DNA of 63,956 nt, the filler included, from Sphacelaria rigidula (lineage: Eukaryota): assembly GCA_964200075.2 (NCBI GenBank). It is 3 parts of 3 records of this genome, joined end to end, with 100 filler letters (N's around TTAATTAATTAA, not from the genome) between each part and the next. Parts side by side here need not be neighbours in the genome. Positions count along the whole stretch, not along the records: positions 43,181 to 63,956 come from CAXNAA020000493.1; 2 more parts are not named here. One strand, written 5' to 3'. The translations under genes were made by a program, and so were the position numbers. Below are positions 46,706 through 60,135 of the stretch, piece after piece. The notes beneath the pieces are model-generated. The model had not been told where the DNA came from. It was given only the letters and a program-made list of their open reading frames with translations, and did no database searches. The first letter of the stretch is position 1. Each line of letters starts with the position of its first letter.

Positions 46706-48391
46706 TGATTATTTTCGGATCAATTTTTACAATATACATTCTGTCTGACGCGGTGGCTCTCCCTCTCGGTGTTATTTACATATTACATTTCACCTTAGCA
46801 CCACGTTCTCACGGAGATGGTGCTCCGTAGACCATATCCTCGAGAGCATACGCTGTCCAACTGTGGACCGTAGTACGTAAAGTACAGTGCAGTACGGCAG
46901 CCAATACAAAAATTGTTTTGCAAGCACTGACGAGCACTGAAATACAATAGCGCCTCAACTCTTGCCGCCGGATGCCATCTTGCTCAACACGACTCAACCC
47001 AGCAAGCGGAGAAAGCGATGTACACGGCGCTGTACGTTTCACTTCTCAAAATATCCAACTATCGGAAATAACCTACCCAACACACCCTTGGGATTTTGCC
47101 TGCCTCAGATCTCAGAACACAGCCCACTAATATCTCATTTTCGTTCCAAGCAGTAAGCCCAGATAAACGATTGGTGCGTGGAGATATACACTACAGTACA
47201 CCACGACAGATCGACAATCAAGTAGACTGGAAGTTCCCATCGACTGTTCGCACCGCAGGCCATGCCCACCGACTCTTCGCAGCTCGCACCGTCTCGTGCC
47301 AAATGTAGCACTTCTCTTTGCCGCGAAGGGTGCCGAGTGAAACACCGGGGTTGCTCTTGCTGGTTCGATAAGTTTTCGTTTGCTTGGTACTTGCTGATTT
47401 CATGCTGAGTCGCGCAACGTCGTGATGTCCTCGCCTATTTCATTGGTGTTGACGCGGGATGGCTCCCAGGCTGTTTACGGTGTAGTGTCAAGGGTGAAGT
47501 GCCCGCCATGGACGACACCCACCTTGCCTGAGGGGTCTCGGTATGCCTTCGTTGGGGGTGCAGAGTGTTCCTTAAGCAAATTACGGTGTTGTCAGGCTTC
47601 ACGTCGGCGCCAATTTTGACCGAAACGCGTTCTGCGCACGCTAAGAGCACTTAAGGAAGTAGTAGCACTCTTCCAAGAGTCATTTTATCAAGTGGCAATA
47701 TCCACGGAATATTTTGCTGTACTAGCTTTCCCTGACATGTAATCACTGCGCAGATTATTATGATGACTATTTCCGCACATGAGTCCGATTACTCGAACCC
47801 GTGGTCACAGACGTAGGCTCGTGATTACAATACCGTCCCTGCTATTCCTCACAACAGATGGGGTCCTCCATCATTTCGTTTGAGACTCCTGCCTGATTAC
47901 AATAGCAAAATCAGTTCACTGAAATATTACAAAAATGAAAATAAGAAGAAATACGTTGAGAATAACATGAGAAGGAGATTCTCCGAGTCCAACGCAGGGT
48001 GAAAAGAAAAAAACAGAAGTACTTAGGAACGCACACCGACAGGAAATATGAAGAAAAAAGAGACAAAAACATACAGATGACACAAGAGGATTCACAAGGT
48101 CACCGAGCGGGGGGCAACTCAAAACGACGACCACCACAGCTTTTCGGAAGGACCACGGGTGGCCGCTGGGGTGCCTAAAATCCCAAATTTGAACGTTACA
48201 GACGTTGTGCAAGGTCTGTCACGTCCGAATTCCAGGTTACAGGCACCCCAGTAGGCACCCGTCACCGCAGATGTTCTAGTGAGTGTACTACCCGATGGAC
48301 TACTGGTTACGTTTCGGAAGTCCTCGGTAAGCACTGGGAGAGCTCTAGTGGTCGCACAGCAAAACGTTCCTACGCGTTGCGTACCTTCGTC

Positions 48392-48845
48392 CAGGCTGCC
48401 ATGTACATTCAGCCCCCTCCTTTACAACTCGGGACGATTGGATACATCTTGGGCAACCTGCGTCCACAATGTCGCTTGTATTCCGAACTACGAGCAGTAG
48501 ACCGCGATACGGTGTATTTGGCGCGTTGCTGGTCGGCCTGCCCTCGTCTTCTCCCCAACCATGTTTACACGCATAATGATGTTTGGGATGTTGGGGAGGC
48601 GTTCATCGTGTATGCGTACAGGCTGCCATGTACATTCAGCCCCCTCCTTTACAACTCGGGACGATTGGATACATCTTGGGCAACCTGCGTCAACAATGTC
48701 GCTTGTATTCCGAACTACGAGCAGTAGTCCGCGATACGGTGTATTTGGCGCGTTGCTGGTCGGCCTGCCCTCGTCTTCTCCCCAACCATGTCTACACGCA
48801 TAATGATGTTTGGGATGTTGGGGAGGCGTTCATCGTGTATGCGTA
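48392..48845. repeat. 227-bp near-perfect tandem duplication within the LINE
   Basis: 48392-48618 and 48619-48845 differ at only about 3 positions. Confidence 0.9.
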
Positions 48846-51536
48846 CAACACGGCCGGCATGTAGGAGGTTTCGCTTCATCACTGTGGCCTCAATGCAGTC
48901 GCAGCCGGTTCGTTCGAGGACCTCGTGGTATGGCAGCCTGGGGTAGTCAGGAGCCCTGCGGCTTAAGGTATGCCTATAAAGGCACCTCAGCAGGTATTCT
49001 CGATGGGCCTCCCGTAACGCGCCAGCGTTTCGTGTGCGATCGCCCAGGTCACGCAGCGGTACAGCATTACCTCGATCACTTCAGTCGTGAGGACACCCAC
49101 GGTGGTGGCGAGAGCGATGTATGGGTTGTCGTATACCGCTCTGCTGTAGAAGCACGTCCAGGCCTGGCCAATGCGGCTGTGAATCTCGGGAGTGACATCA
49201 CCGATGCCGCTGATCGTTCCGCCGAGGTACAGAAACGTCTCAACTTTCCTGTATCTCTGGCCCGCTGCCTCCACGTAGATCGTATCCGCCTTCATTTTCG
49301 GGGAGCGCATGTGCATGGTGATCGTCTTCTTTTCCGCGATAACGAGACCGAATGTTGGACATACTTCGACGATGGCCATCATGTTTCCAGGCCTTCACTC
49401 GCGACCGCTAAGGGGTGACATCGTCGTCAGCGTATACCATAGCCCAGAGCACTTTGCTGAGTTCGTCCCTGGTCTTCCCTCCCCTTTCAACGATGCAGAT
49501 GGAGTCTTGTACCACCGATTTATTGATTGAGAATCAGTTGAACGTTACCGTCAGCACCGCCGCGAATATGATATTGAACAGACCGGGGGGAAACGCACAC
49601 CCTTAGCGAAAGCACTGGTTAACGTTAGACCTCGCAGACGTTTCGCCACTGTATAGTTGTACGCATGCCTGCATGTCTTCGTGGAATTGGGGGATGATGG
49701 AAAATACCTTGTAGGGGATACCGTGGCGTGCTAGAACGTTTTCGAGAAGAGAGCGGTCCACTGAGTCGTATGCCTTGTGGAGGTCGATGAAATAGATATA
49801 CAGAGGATTGTTTTCTCTCTGGCCAGTTCATGGAGCCTGCGCACAACGAGCATCATGTCGACTGTGGACCAGCCAGGTCGGAAACCGCACTGCGCTTCTG
49901 GGCGGATTCCCTTCCACTGGCAATAATCGCTGAGGCGAGTCGCGACTACCTCGAGTACCACCTTGCCCGCGTGGGACCCGAGAGAAATATCGCGGTAGTT
50001 GCCGCATTCGTGCGGGTCCTGTTTCTTGAAAAGCACCTTGATTGTAGTGACTTTCCACTCCTGCGGCACTACTTCCTGACGCCACGCAGCGAGCACGATG
50101 TTGTAGAGGCAGTTCAGGATGGCAGAGTCCTCGGTGCGGCCAAGCTTCAACAGTTCGTCACAGATGGTGTCCGTACCAACGGCCTTGCCGTTCACTACCT
50201 TGTCCACGGCTTCCTTCACTTCTGCCATTGAGGGCTCTGCCGTGAGTGGTGCGTGCTCCGGCATCTGTTCGATGAGGTCGATGACAAAGTGGTCGATCGC
50301 AGGCGAGGTTGCATTCGGCAGTGTTTCGAACCATTCCTTTCATCGTTGAAGGCCAGCTTGCTTGACCCGCAACAGCTCGCCAGTCGCGCTCCTGATGTAA
50401 GTTGAGTCGCTCGGTTTTTTTCCTTCCAGTTTCAAGGACTTGATATGCTGATACAGTTCTGCTTGATCTTTCTTGCGAACAAGCTCCGCGGTCCGGACTG
50501 TGAACTCGTGAACAAAGTTCTGCAGCTCAGCATCCTTCACCCGCTTGAACACTTTGTCCGTTACCTTCAGCGTCTTCTTCAGGACAGCGTCGTCCTGGTT
50601 CGCTCGCCGATTCTTCCACACACTTTCCCTAAAATCCTGCGCCCTTTGGAGACAATCCTGAGCTTGAGTTGACTCATTAAAACCTGTAAATGGGGTTTTC
50701 TTCGGGCATCGGGGGAGTGTATCCGCGACCGTCTGTCGTAGGGCGTCGGCGGGGAAATTGGTGACACTAGTGAGCTTAGCGACAATGACCTTTCAAACAG
50801 TTGCTCTCCAGCGTCGGTCAGATGCGAGGGCATTGCGGTCGAAACCTATTCCCCTATCACCGCCTCTCGGTTTCGGCTGGCGGATGGAAGCGTTGCGTCC
50901 GAGGAGATGCATGGTGGCGGGGACCAGGCGATGGTCTGACTTCATCTCGGGGTGTACAAGGACGTTCTAGACGAAGGCGGTCTTGCTCACGTACTAGGAT
51001 GTAGTCCAGGCGCCGGCGGTGTTCGATGTTCGGCCCCGTATAAGTGTGCGAAGAAACGTTTTGGTGATGGTCCTTTTGTATTCCGCAGCGCATTTCAGTA
51101 GGCGTCTACCGTTTCCATTCCGGGTGTTTCTGCCATATTGTCTCAATACCCCAACGTCATCCATGCCTCCTCGTTATCTCTCTTCGGGACGAGCATTGGC
51201 ATCCATCATGAGTACTAGGTGCTCGTTGGTGGGCACTTCAGCGATGGAACTACTGATGGTTTTCCAAAACTTGGTATTTTCAGAACCCCGTGCTGTCTCA
51301 GTAGGAGCTTACCCTACGATGAAGGTTGTTGCAATTCTATGCCTGAAAGCAACTTGTCCGTTGGGGATCCTAGCACTCACGTGTTCGGGCGCTTCTAGGC
51401 CCAGCGTGCTGGCGATAGACTCCTCAATGGCGAGGCCGACTCCGACAACTCCCGGGCTACCCCCATCTCCATGGCGATGGCCGCTGCAGCGAACTATGTA
51501 CAGTGCTGCCGTTGCGTGCAAGGTTGTTTGTCCATC

Positions 51537-51765
51537 GTGTAATGCGTGAGAGGACCGCGTGCTTAGAGGACCGCATGCTTAGAGGACCGCGTCATACTTC
51601 GAAACACCTCAGGATCAACGTTTTTCAAATCCAGTCGAGTCAGTCCCTGAAGGGACCACGCCCCTGACTCTAACCCCAACACTAACCTTACCCCTAACCC
51701 TCACCACAGTCATGTTCAATTTCAGATGCGGTCCTCTAAGCACGCGGTCCTCTCACGCATTACAC
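51537..51765. mobile_element. 229-bp MITE with 40-bp perfect TIRs, 3-bp ATC TSD and internal telomere-like repeats
   Basis: GTGTAATGCGTGAGAGGACCGCGTGCTTAGAGGACCGCAT occurs at both ends in inverted orientation. Removing the element and one ATC restores LINE QETRRD-GQTT. Confidence 0.9.
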
Positions 51766-52746
51766 ATCGCGCCGGGTTTCTTGAAGGGCGACGGAATCGC
51801 AGTTGTATTCGGACACAAAAAACAGCAGATCCTCGGCGTGGTCTGTGCTGTTGTAACCTCTCTCAGTCATGGTGCGTACATTCCAAGTGGTCACCACCAG
51901 CTCTTTGGATGGAGACTCTGCCCTCGCGGTGGTGGGATGGGCACGAGCCGGAGCCTTGGCTGCTCGCTGGGCTGATCTTCGCCTTCTTCTCCTCCTTCGT
52001 TTTGCTGTGTCCTTTTTCTGTTGGTATTTGATGCAGCGTTTAAGGCCTATTCTCTGTTTCCACGCATTCTTCCGCCCACGCTCGTTCACGCCTCTTTATT
52101 ACTGCGCGGGGCTCAGCGGGCCTTGCGCACGTCGACCTCCACCAAGTCGATCTTTGTGCTTACACGCACGCCGTCGTCTGCTCTCAGAGATAGGGCAGCA
52201 AGGCTTGTGGCGGTGGCGATGATTAGTCGGATTAGTGCCCCCCCGCGGGGGGGCGTGTTCCGATATCATCAGCATGTAACAAAAATTGTCGGGTGTCGAC
52301 CACCGTCTGGTGCAGTCAGTGATGCCAGCCCCATCGGCACTTAAGCCCACACCACTGTGATGCGCAGCAGTTACACAGCGGTAGGAGCTACTGTCCGCAA
52401 AAGCCGCGTGATGCACTCTTCAAGGGGTCGTTGTCTTCGCTAGCTATAACCTGGTCTCGGTGGTTCGGGTCTACGACCGGGGGAGAGTATCGACTGTATC
52501 ACGGGTTGTGAACACCGTAAAGCTTGCGCGTGCGGGCTCCTTTGGCAGTGCGAGTCACCCAGCTCCCGCCCGGACGTGGTACGTAGCAGTTGGACAGTAG
52601 GTGTCACTGATTCTCCGTACTAGCCAAAAGACTGTGTATTTCCTTGGGCCGCTGCTATCAGCCGGCCCAACCCGGCCTCAGCGCTCGAGGCCGGGCCAAG
52701 GGAGAAAGGATACTGCGCAGATATGGCAACGTTTTTTATGTCAAGA

Positions 52747-52773
52747 CAACAACAACAACAACAACCACAACAA
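52747..52773. repeat. (CAA)n microsatellite
   Basis: Seen directly. Confidence 0.8.
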
Positions 52774-55700
52774 GCCAGATTGTTCTGGTTTTCTTTTCCA
52801 TGTCGACCGTGAAGTCAAATTTTGTACACGCACCACATAATCGCTCTCTACTGGTGGGCATGGTGTTAGAAACAAATCCCAGATTGTGTGGCTTCATCGA
52901 TGTCCGAAGTTGTGTACAGTAGTGGGCTGTCTAACTACTCATTTTATGGCATTTTGTGACTTTTTCGTAACTGGCGATTTTCTCGGACTCTTTCGCTTGC
53001 CATCGCTTATTACATCGAGGATCTGAAGATATTTGTATCCGCTCCACATTCCAAGAAGAAAAAAACTTACGTACTCAATATTGAGTGACTTACGGGCTGA
53101 CCGGTCATCGGGGGTCCTGCCACGTTTCAGCCCAGATTCCTACTCTTCTGTGTTTTCGGTCGATTGAGTCCGTCCCGATCATATCTGTGAAGAAATGTAC
53201 AGTTTTATTTTTCAGAAATTCTGCCTACTCATTGAACCAGGGCCGAAAAAGCGTGTTTCACGGTCAATAACACCCTGCTGATGAAGAGGGTTTTTACTCG
53301 TTTCGCCCAATAACACCAACTGGCACCAAGTTGGGCGGTCTGTTCATTGTACAAAAATCCACCAACGCTAGCAAATTCGAGTTCTATCGAAGAGTAGTAC
53401 GCGAGGAAATGCCCAAAACACCCCTCAATAGTTAGACCGCCCACTACTGTAGGTTACCAACTGAGCCATCAGGGAGACCGGCAAGACAGACAAGCATAAC
53501 GTACGGTGCAAAACTCGGTAATATCATGTAACCACTGAAGCACGTGTTGTACTGGAAGCCCTGAACATCACAAAGTTTACCGACTGAAAATATGTTAACG
53601 CTGGTGTCACCATGGAACTGATGTTCAAGACTGCTGCTGTTCTGTACACACGAGAGTAGAGGAAGTGACAACCTTGAAACATAACAGCGGAAGACAAGAG
53701 CCAATACAACGAAAATTGTGAGGCCCATCTGTCCTACTCCAGAGACATATGAAACAAAACAAAAAATGAATCAAACGCCATATACCTTGGAGTAGAATAA
53801 CCAAACTCCCATTGCTCTTCTTTTCCTACCTACTACAAGGCCAGACTATGTTCGTCGTTGTCTCTGTCCTTCACGGTTAAATTTTGCGGGTGGCGGGGGG
53901 GATCGTCGCATGGCCTGTGAAAGCACTGACATGAAGCTTTCTGGCATGATGACGAGAGGTAGGTGTCGACATTACTTTTTGGTTTTGGAGGAGATGTAGG
54001 TACACGCGTGCGAACGACAATCGATTTTCAACATGGGGTTGAATACGGAAATGAGGTTCAAATAGCACGACCAGGTTTCAGGAATGGTGCGAAAAAATTA
54101 CACCAAGGAAAGGCATGTTCCCTCGAAAACAATATGAAGCAGTTATGAAGCAGGTGTGGCTGGGTGCACCGAAAAAATGGCGTGTACACGCGTGTCGATG
54201 ACGATATCACCAGAGAGAGGAGCAACGGCGGAGAGGAAGCTCCTCGCCGGTGTCCTTTGGGTGTTGTCATCACTCGCTCAAGAGATTGACATCATGTTGC
54301 CATCATGCACCCAAGTTGCCATGTGCCGGCAGGCGTGTTATTGTAGCACAGCCCCTGGAACAAGATCGGGATTCTCATGGTTATCGTCTCCTGTCTGTGG
54401 CACTGATCAATGTAAATATCGATTCCTCTCTGCCTTTCTGCTTCGTTGAAATATTGGCTCGTGTTGTGTGGTACTGTCTTCGAGGCAGACCGACTACCGT
54501 CGCGCAGACTGTAGTCTATGGAAGAGGTCACACTGTGGATCTTAGACCACTTGCTTCTGCAGCAGAACATGAAGAATGAAAGATGGTTTGAACCGGCTCT
54601 TATGCGGCCAACACAGAAGAAAAAGCCCATCTCTTCACGAAGCAGTGAGCTAATGAAAATGAAGGTAACTGGTTGCGTTAGGGGCTGAGGTGGCTGAGTC
54701 CAAGCATCTCCAAACCTGGAACAAAAGGCCAGAGTCCCTACACGTACTTGAGAGCAAGTCATATACTCGATTCAACACTACCGACGTATTTTGCTTAAGA
54801 GCTTGCAGACTAGATCTACTGCAATCTACGTCACCTAGCAACCTTGGTACAGCAAACTGCTGTATAACAAACCACGGCAGCACACTTTTTACTGCAGAAT
54901 CCTACGTGCTTATTTGCCTATAAGCGTGAAGATATCGACATCAAAAATCCACATGCAACGACACTGCATGGTTCATATTTCTGTTGAACCGCTGTAAGTT
55001 GCCCCGCTACTTTCTATAGTCGAAACCAAGAACATGAAGAATACAGTCAGACTGTAAGTTGTGCGTTAATTGCCAACAACGTGGGCAGGGCGTGCCTCTA
55101 TGCGCAGTAGAACACGTCGTCAAAAGCAGGGCGATATTCCCCTCACCGTTACTGTTCTCTCTCACACACACATGCGAGCAAGGACGGGTGCGCCGTTCCG
55201 TCAAGATTCAATGATCGCAAGCTGGGGGATGGTTTATTGTAATAGTAGATTCCACCTGACGTCTGCAATACAAGGACAACAGTCGGCCATTCATATATCA
55301 GCCAGTCACAACGACATTTTCCCGAGTTTTATCTTGAATATCATGGGAAGGTTCCGCAAGAAGTTTCTTCTGTTACATCGGTACATTAGTCATGTCCTTC
55401 AACTGTTTTTCTGGATGTGTACAGTATCTAACAACACATTATTGGATAGGCCAAGGGGTAATCATCGCCTCGAGACTTACTTACTTATCTAACGCCATGC
55501 CCCCATTTCTTGGGCCAAGAGCCCCGGAGAAAGATAAATTAGTTGCCAAGGTCATCATCGATTACCCAATACGCTGGCCTTACGGCCGTACGGACTGATC
55601 ATCCGTACCGTGATGGTGTGAATCAAGGAACTCGTAGTCCAGCAGGAAAAAGCGGCTCTCTTGTACAGGAACAAGAGCTGAGTTGACACCTTCACGAGAG

Positions 55701-58700
55701 GTCGTTAGCACAGTAGGGAAACAGCGGTCAGGACGATTCAAGGCGTTAGCTGCGGGGAGTCCTCCACACTAGACGGTGCGCTAACAGTTCGTCAGTGCAA
55801 AAGGGCTTGTTATTTGAACGTGTTACTAGACGTTATCGATGAAGAGCTGGAAATTGCCAAGCTCGAGGAGATGGACGGGATGGCTGCCCGTATATTCCAT
55901 GAGGTTTGCTCGATTCCGATCAGCTACTGGGATTTGTACAGCAGAAGCTCTTCGAAATGAAATCCCTCATGCCCAATCCAACTGGAATGGGGTACAATTT
56001 CACGAAGTGAAGTTGGTTCCTGCCGCGGGTAAAAAATCGACTGACTGGTTTTTCGCGACTCCGTTTTTGCGTCAAGATTCCTGCGGCCTGATTCTTGCGA
56101 TCGGATTCTTGCGATAGTTATTTTCCTAGATTTTTCCACTCCAGAACCCCTACTCGGGATAACTTCGTCGAACAGACACCAAACGCATCCTGCTCGAAGG
56201 GGCACCTGGACACACAGCAGTTGCCGCTGACTACCTAGTATGATCCTCCAAATCGAAGTCTTCAGTGAGAACCCCCAGCGTTTGGTGACCATGTACAAGG
56301 AAGGATGATCTTCATCTAGTATCATGTTCCAAAACTTACCTAACATGGGGGCAACACCCCCGTACAGACAGTAGCAAGGCTAGCGAATCCTACGTCCTGA
56401 GAGTCTGTGACAGTCTGGCAGCCGGCAAGGTGGTAATGGCAGTGTCTTTATAGCGATGTCAATTTACAGTGTACTGGAGCAGAGTTTGCAGGTAAATATT
56501 TCGGCGATTGCGCCTCACCTACAGTTCGCCCAGACGTTGTGGATTTTTTCTCGGTATCACCGAGTAACATTAATACATCCATGTACAGGTGGAAATATAC
56601 CAGACTCCCTGTCACATTATTATAAGTTGAGATGTACCAGACCCTGCATTATATATGGAACTGTACCCAACCGCGGACAAAATATTTCTACAGCCAGTAC
56701 GAACACGATGTTGGAAGTGTAATGCATACAGTGTGTTGTGTGTGTTGTCCCATCTGTTCTGGACGCCCGTCTCCTCCTTTCGGTATATGTGGGCGCGCCA
56801 GCCGCGGCTGTGTCACCATTCAGGGTCGCCCAAAATACAGGTAGCCATTACAGCGGCGGAGGCGGCCTTTGACTCCTGCGTGCGCCACCTGGGGATTATG
56901 CACGCTGTAGCTTCAACACAGACAGCTTTACAAAATGTGACGTAGCAATATACTGTAGCGCGTGGCGTGATATCCTGCGTACACGTTTGCCGCAGATACA
57001 AGCGGGTGCATTCATGGTGTGACGAACTGCGTAGGACAACGCGAAATCAATACAGGACAGGGATAGGCTAAGAATGTCACGTCCTGCGGTGTGCTTTGTC
57101 ATCCTGCACCCTACCGCTGTGCAGTGAGCAGGTAGTACCGCCGAATGCGTCACGATGTGGTTGGTACACAGTAGCGCCGGCCCCACACCCGTAGGGTTAC
57201 CTCTGTATTGAATTGAATAAATGCATTGAATTAAATTACACCCGCGGAGAGCGTTTTTTTCGAGCAGCACGCGCGCTAGCGTTTTCCGTGTTGTCGACAT
57301 GGTGCTAGCGCGCTTGTGCACTAAAGCACTGTAGTCCCCTGTGGCAGCCCGTCACCGTAGTGCTCCTCATGTTTCATCACGCTTTACTCGAAAACACGCA
57401 AAAAGAGATGCCAGCGAGTCCATCGTTGTTGCACTTAAATTCTGGTGAAAAAGTTGTTTTTCGATGGAATCCCCGCATGCGGCGTCTTGTACCAAACCCG
57501 TACCAGTTTAAGAAGGGATATGCATAATATATACGCCACCGATATGCTCTGGTTATCATGAACTGTGTACGAGGCGCGGGAAGCGTAGTGTTTGTCAAGG
57601 ACTGCGAGGACGCAACCATACTGCAGTATAGGCGTTATGAAACACGTGATTCGAACGAGACACAAGACGAAGCACTACGTTATGATAAATACCTGGGCGT
57701 TTTGGTACTAAAACGAGTCCATCAATCCCTCGACTACCTGCCGTACGAAGATAGCAAGGGTTGGACGAATCAATGATTCGTCCGGAAATCATTCGATTTT
57801 TAGTGTAGTTGCTTCGTACCGTACGAATCAATCCTGAGGATTTGTTTTCAGCGTTGCAACCCAGGTACGCGTAGCCCAGGCACGTGGAATGGCGCAAAAG
57901 TTGCGTGGAGACCTGTTTGACCAGCGGTCGCCTTTTTTTTCTCTTTCGAGCAATCAGGCCTAAGCAATCGTGGATTTGGTGATTCGAATCGGCGACGATT
58001 CATCCGAACCGTGGAAGATAGATACCAGGTGTGAATTACACAATAGGTAACGGGCAGGCTTTTGCACTTTAGAGTAGAAGGACCCAGCCGAGACCACCCC
58101 GGTTCCACCGCCGAAATCCGAGGCCGCAAAGTCACGAACACCAAAATAAATTGAAGTTGGAAGCGCCCTGGACACAGGGCAATCTATTATACAGAGTATT
58201 ACGTACGGAACCACACCCGAATCATACTCAGTACACTCGCTGAAAGTTCAATGGACGTCACGACACTGTAGCGTGCATGTGAATGATGAAGCGAGCGGTC
58301 CAGCCAGGTAGCGAAAAAATGTATTTTCAGCTGAATACTTTTTTGGAAAATTCTGCCGGAGATGAAGCTCTTCCGAACCCGGTGAGTTTTCACGTACCAT
58401 TTTCAATGTAAATTCAGGGTCGGTGAAGCGTTCGCCATCATCATAAACAGGTATTACATTAAAGAGGTTTGCGCTTCGAAGCGTTTCCAATAAAAGTTAG
58501 AGCTGTTGGTTGGGTAAATGCCCGTAATAATACAACAATGTGTAGTACTACATGCTCTCCCCACTAATAGGCGCTTTTTTCTCCCGCCTGTTCTCCTTAG
58601 ATGGAACCCTTTTCCGTCACACTGGGTGATGTCGTTAATCTACCACATTATCAAGAAAGCTTACTTGTTTTGTCGAATTCATACAGTCGAACAGCGTGTG

Positions 58701-59871
58701 GGAGGGATCTATCTTGCGCAGTTCGTGAAATACAAGATAAACCGTAGTACAATGCTAGAGGTCCGGTACGCGGAGTCGTTACGCCTTACTGCCCATGTCC
58801 AAGCTGAATCGCTCGCTTCATCATTTCGATGCGCGCTGACGAGACCAGTGGGTATCGACGGCGATGGAACGCGAGGACGAAAGACGCCGGCGATGAACAT
58901 CCGTGAACAAACTCTATCAGTCATAGTACACGGGTCCTGCACTGGAGAAATGAACTCCTTCCCCCGCGCCCCTAATTCACAACGTGTTTCCCTTCTGTAC
59001 CAATCAATGAAATAGAGCGGGGGTCTGCGTGAGAGGACGGGCCCTGTGAGCAGTGGACACGCACGGTCAAGGTTTGCACAAGACAACACCGAGTACAGCA
59101 AAAATTCCGGGCAGAACACGTTTTGTGTTTCTCGTTGGTGGTGCAATATGTTGAGTTGAGCTCGAATCTCGGCAGGTCCATTTTGTCTTCCGTCTGGTGA
59201 TAACGTGTACAAACCGTGACAAACAGAGATGGCTTACGCCGGCGGAGACATGGGTGGAAACACTGTATGCTTGAGGTTCTTCGAGATGTATTGGATTTGG
59301 CTGAACGGATACGCTCTGAAATGCTGTCTGGACATCCCCGCGGAAAAAACGGGAACTTCTGCGGAGTTCGCGACGCTCTCCCCGTGTACTGGTCCGCAAG
59401 GGGGAAGGGGGGAAGCCCGCGCAAGCGCGTGAGCGCGGAACCTAGGTCGCCGTGTATGTGCACTAAGGCCTTGCAACGTTGACAATAACGAAGAACAAAT
59501 AGGACGAAGAATGATCGGAGCCTTGGCAACGAATAGACTCCCCGGTGACGGTATACCGTAGCATGCGAGCGTTTCTTCACGGCGCTGCCCCATTTGATTC
59601 ATACGACCGCTCGATTGTTTTGTACCTCATTCTACCAGCTCTAAATTGATATTGAAGATAGTACCCAAAATCTCACCCGGCTGGACCCGCTCTAAATTCG
59701 TGTCGGGATGGATACATAAAATCTCACCCAGCTCACGAGAAAGAATCGCACATATACAAGCTGAACATTAGCACTTGCAGCAAATGTCATGTTTGTCAAC
59801 TAGACGAAGGAAGCATTGTACGCCTCGCGTGGGCGCTACGATCCTGTTTCAATCCCCATCCCAGACGATTA

Positions 59872-60135
59872 TTTTTTCTGCTCCTGGTGTATATGTAGAA
59901 CACTGTTCTCTTCACACCGGTGGATTCGTGCTATAGTACATTTCCTGCGGCTATTATTGTAAAGCAGCTTGATCATACAGACTGCAAACATGCTCGTTGG
60001 ACACAAGGGTCCGAGTTCAATATCTGTCTCAGACGCTAATTTCTCTGCTCGTGGTGTCTGAGTAGAACAATGTTTTCTTCACACAGGCGGATTCGTGCTA
60101 CATTTTATCGGGCTGTTATAGCAACATGATCATAC
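59872..60135. repeat. Diverged direct repeat, ~167-bp period
   Basis: TCTGCTC.TGGTGT....GTAGAACA.TGTT.TCTTCACAC.GG.GGATTCGTGCTA occurs twice. Confidence 0.7.

Larger units (their letters stand above)
47756..52711 (-). mobile_element. Full-length decayed non-LTR retrotransposon (APE endonuclease + RT, RTE-like)
   Basis: APE motifs TWNVRT, ALQETRR, LDYILV and SDHRLV; RT motifs [25 protein letters not shown] and YADD (~49422-49435); (TAA)n-like tail; ACTGCGCAGAT duplicated at 47745-47755 and 52712-52722. Confidence 0.9.

Noticed and set aside
53278-53305. CTGATGA...TTTCG
   Set aside because: The two hammerhead core halves are on opposite strands.
58836-58885. CTGACGA...GAAA
   Set aside because: No pairing stem II or stem III.
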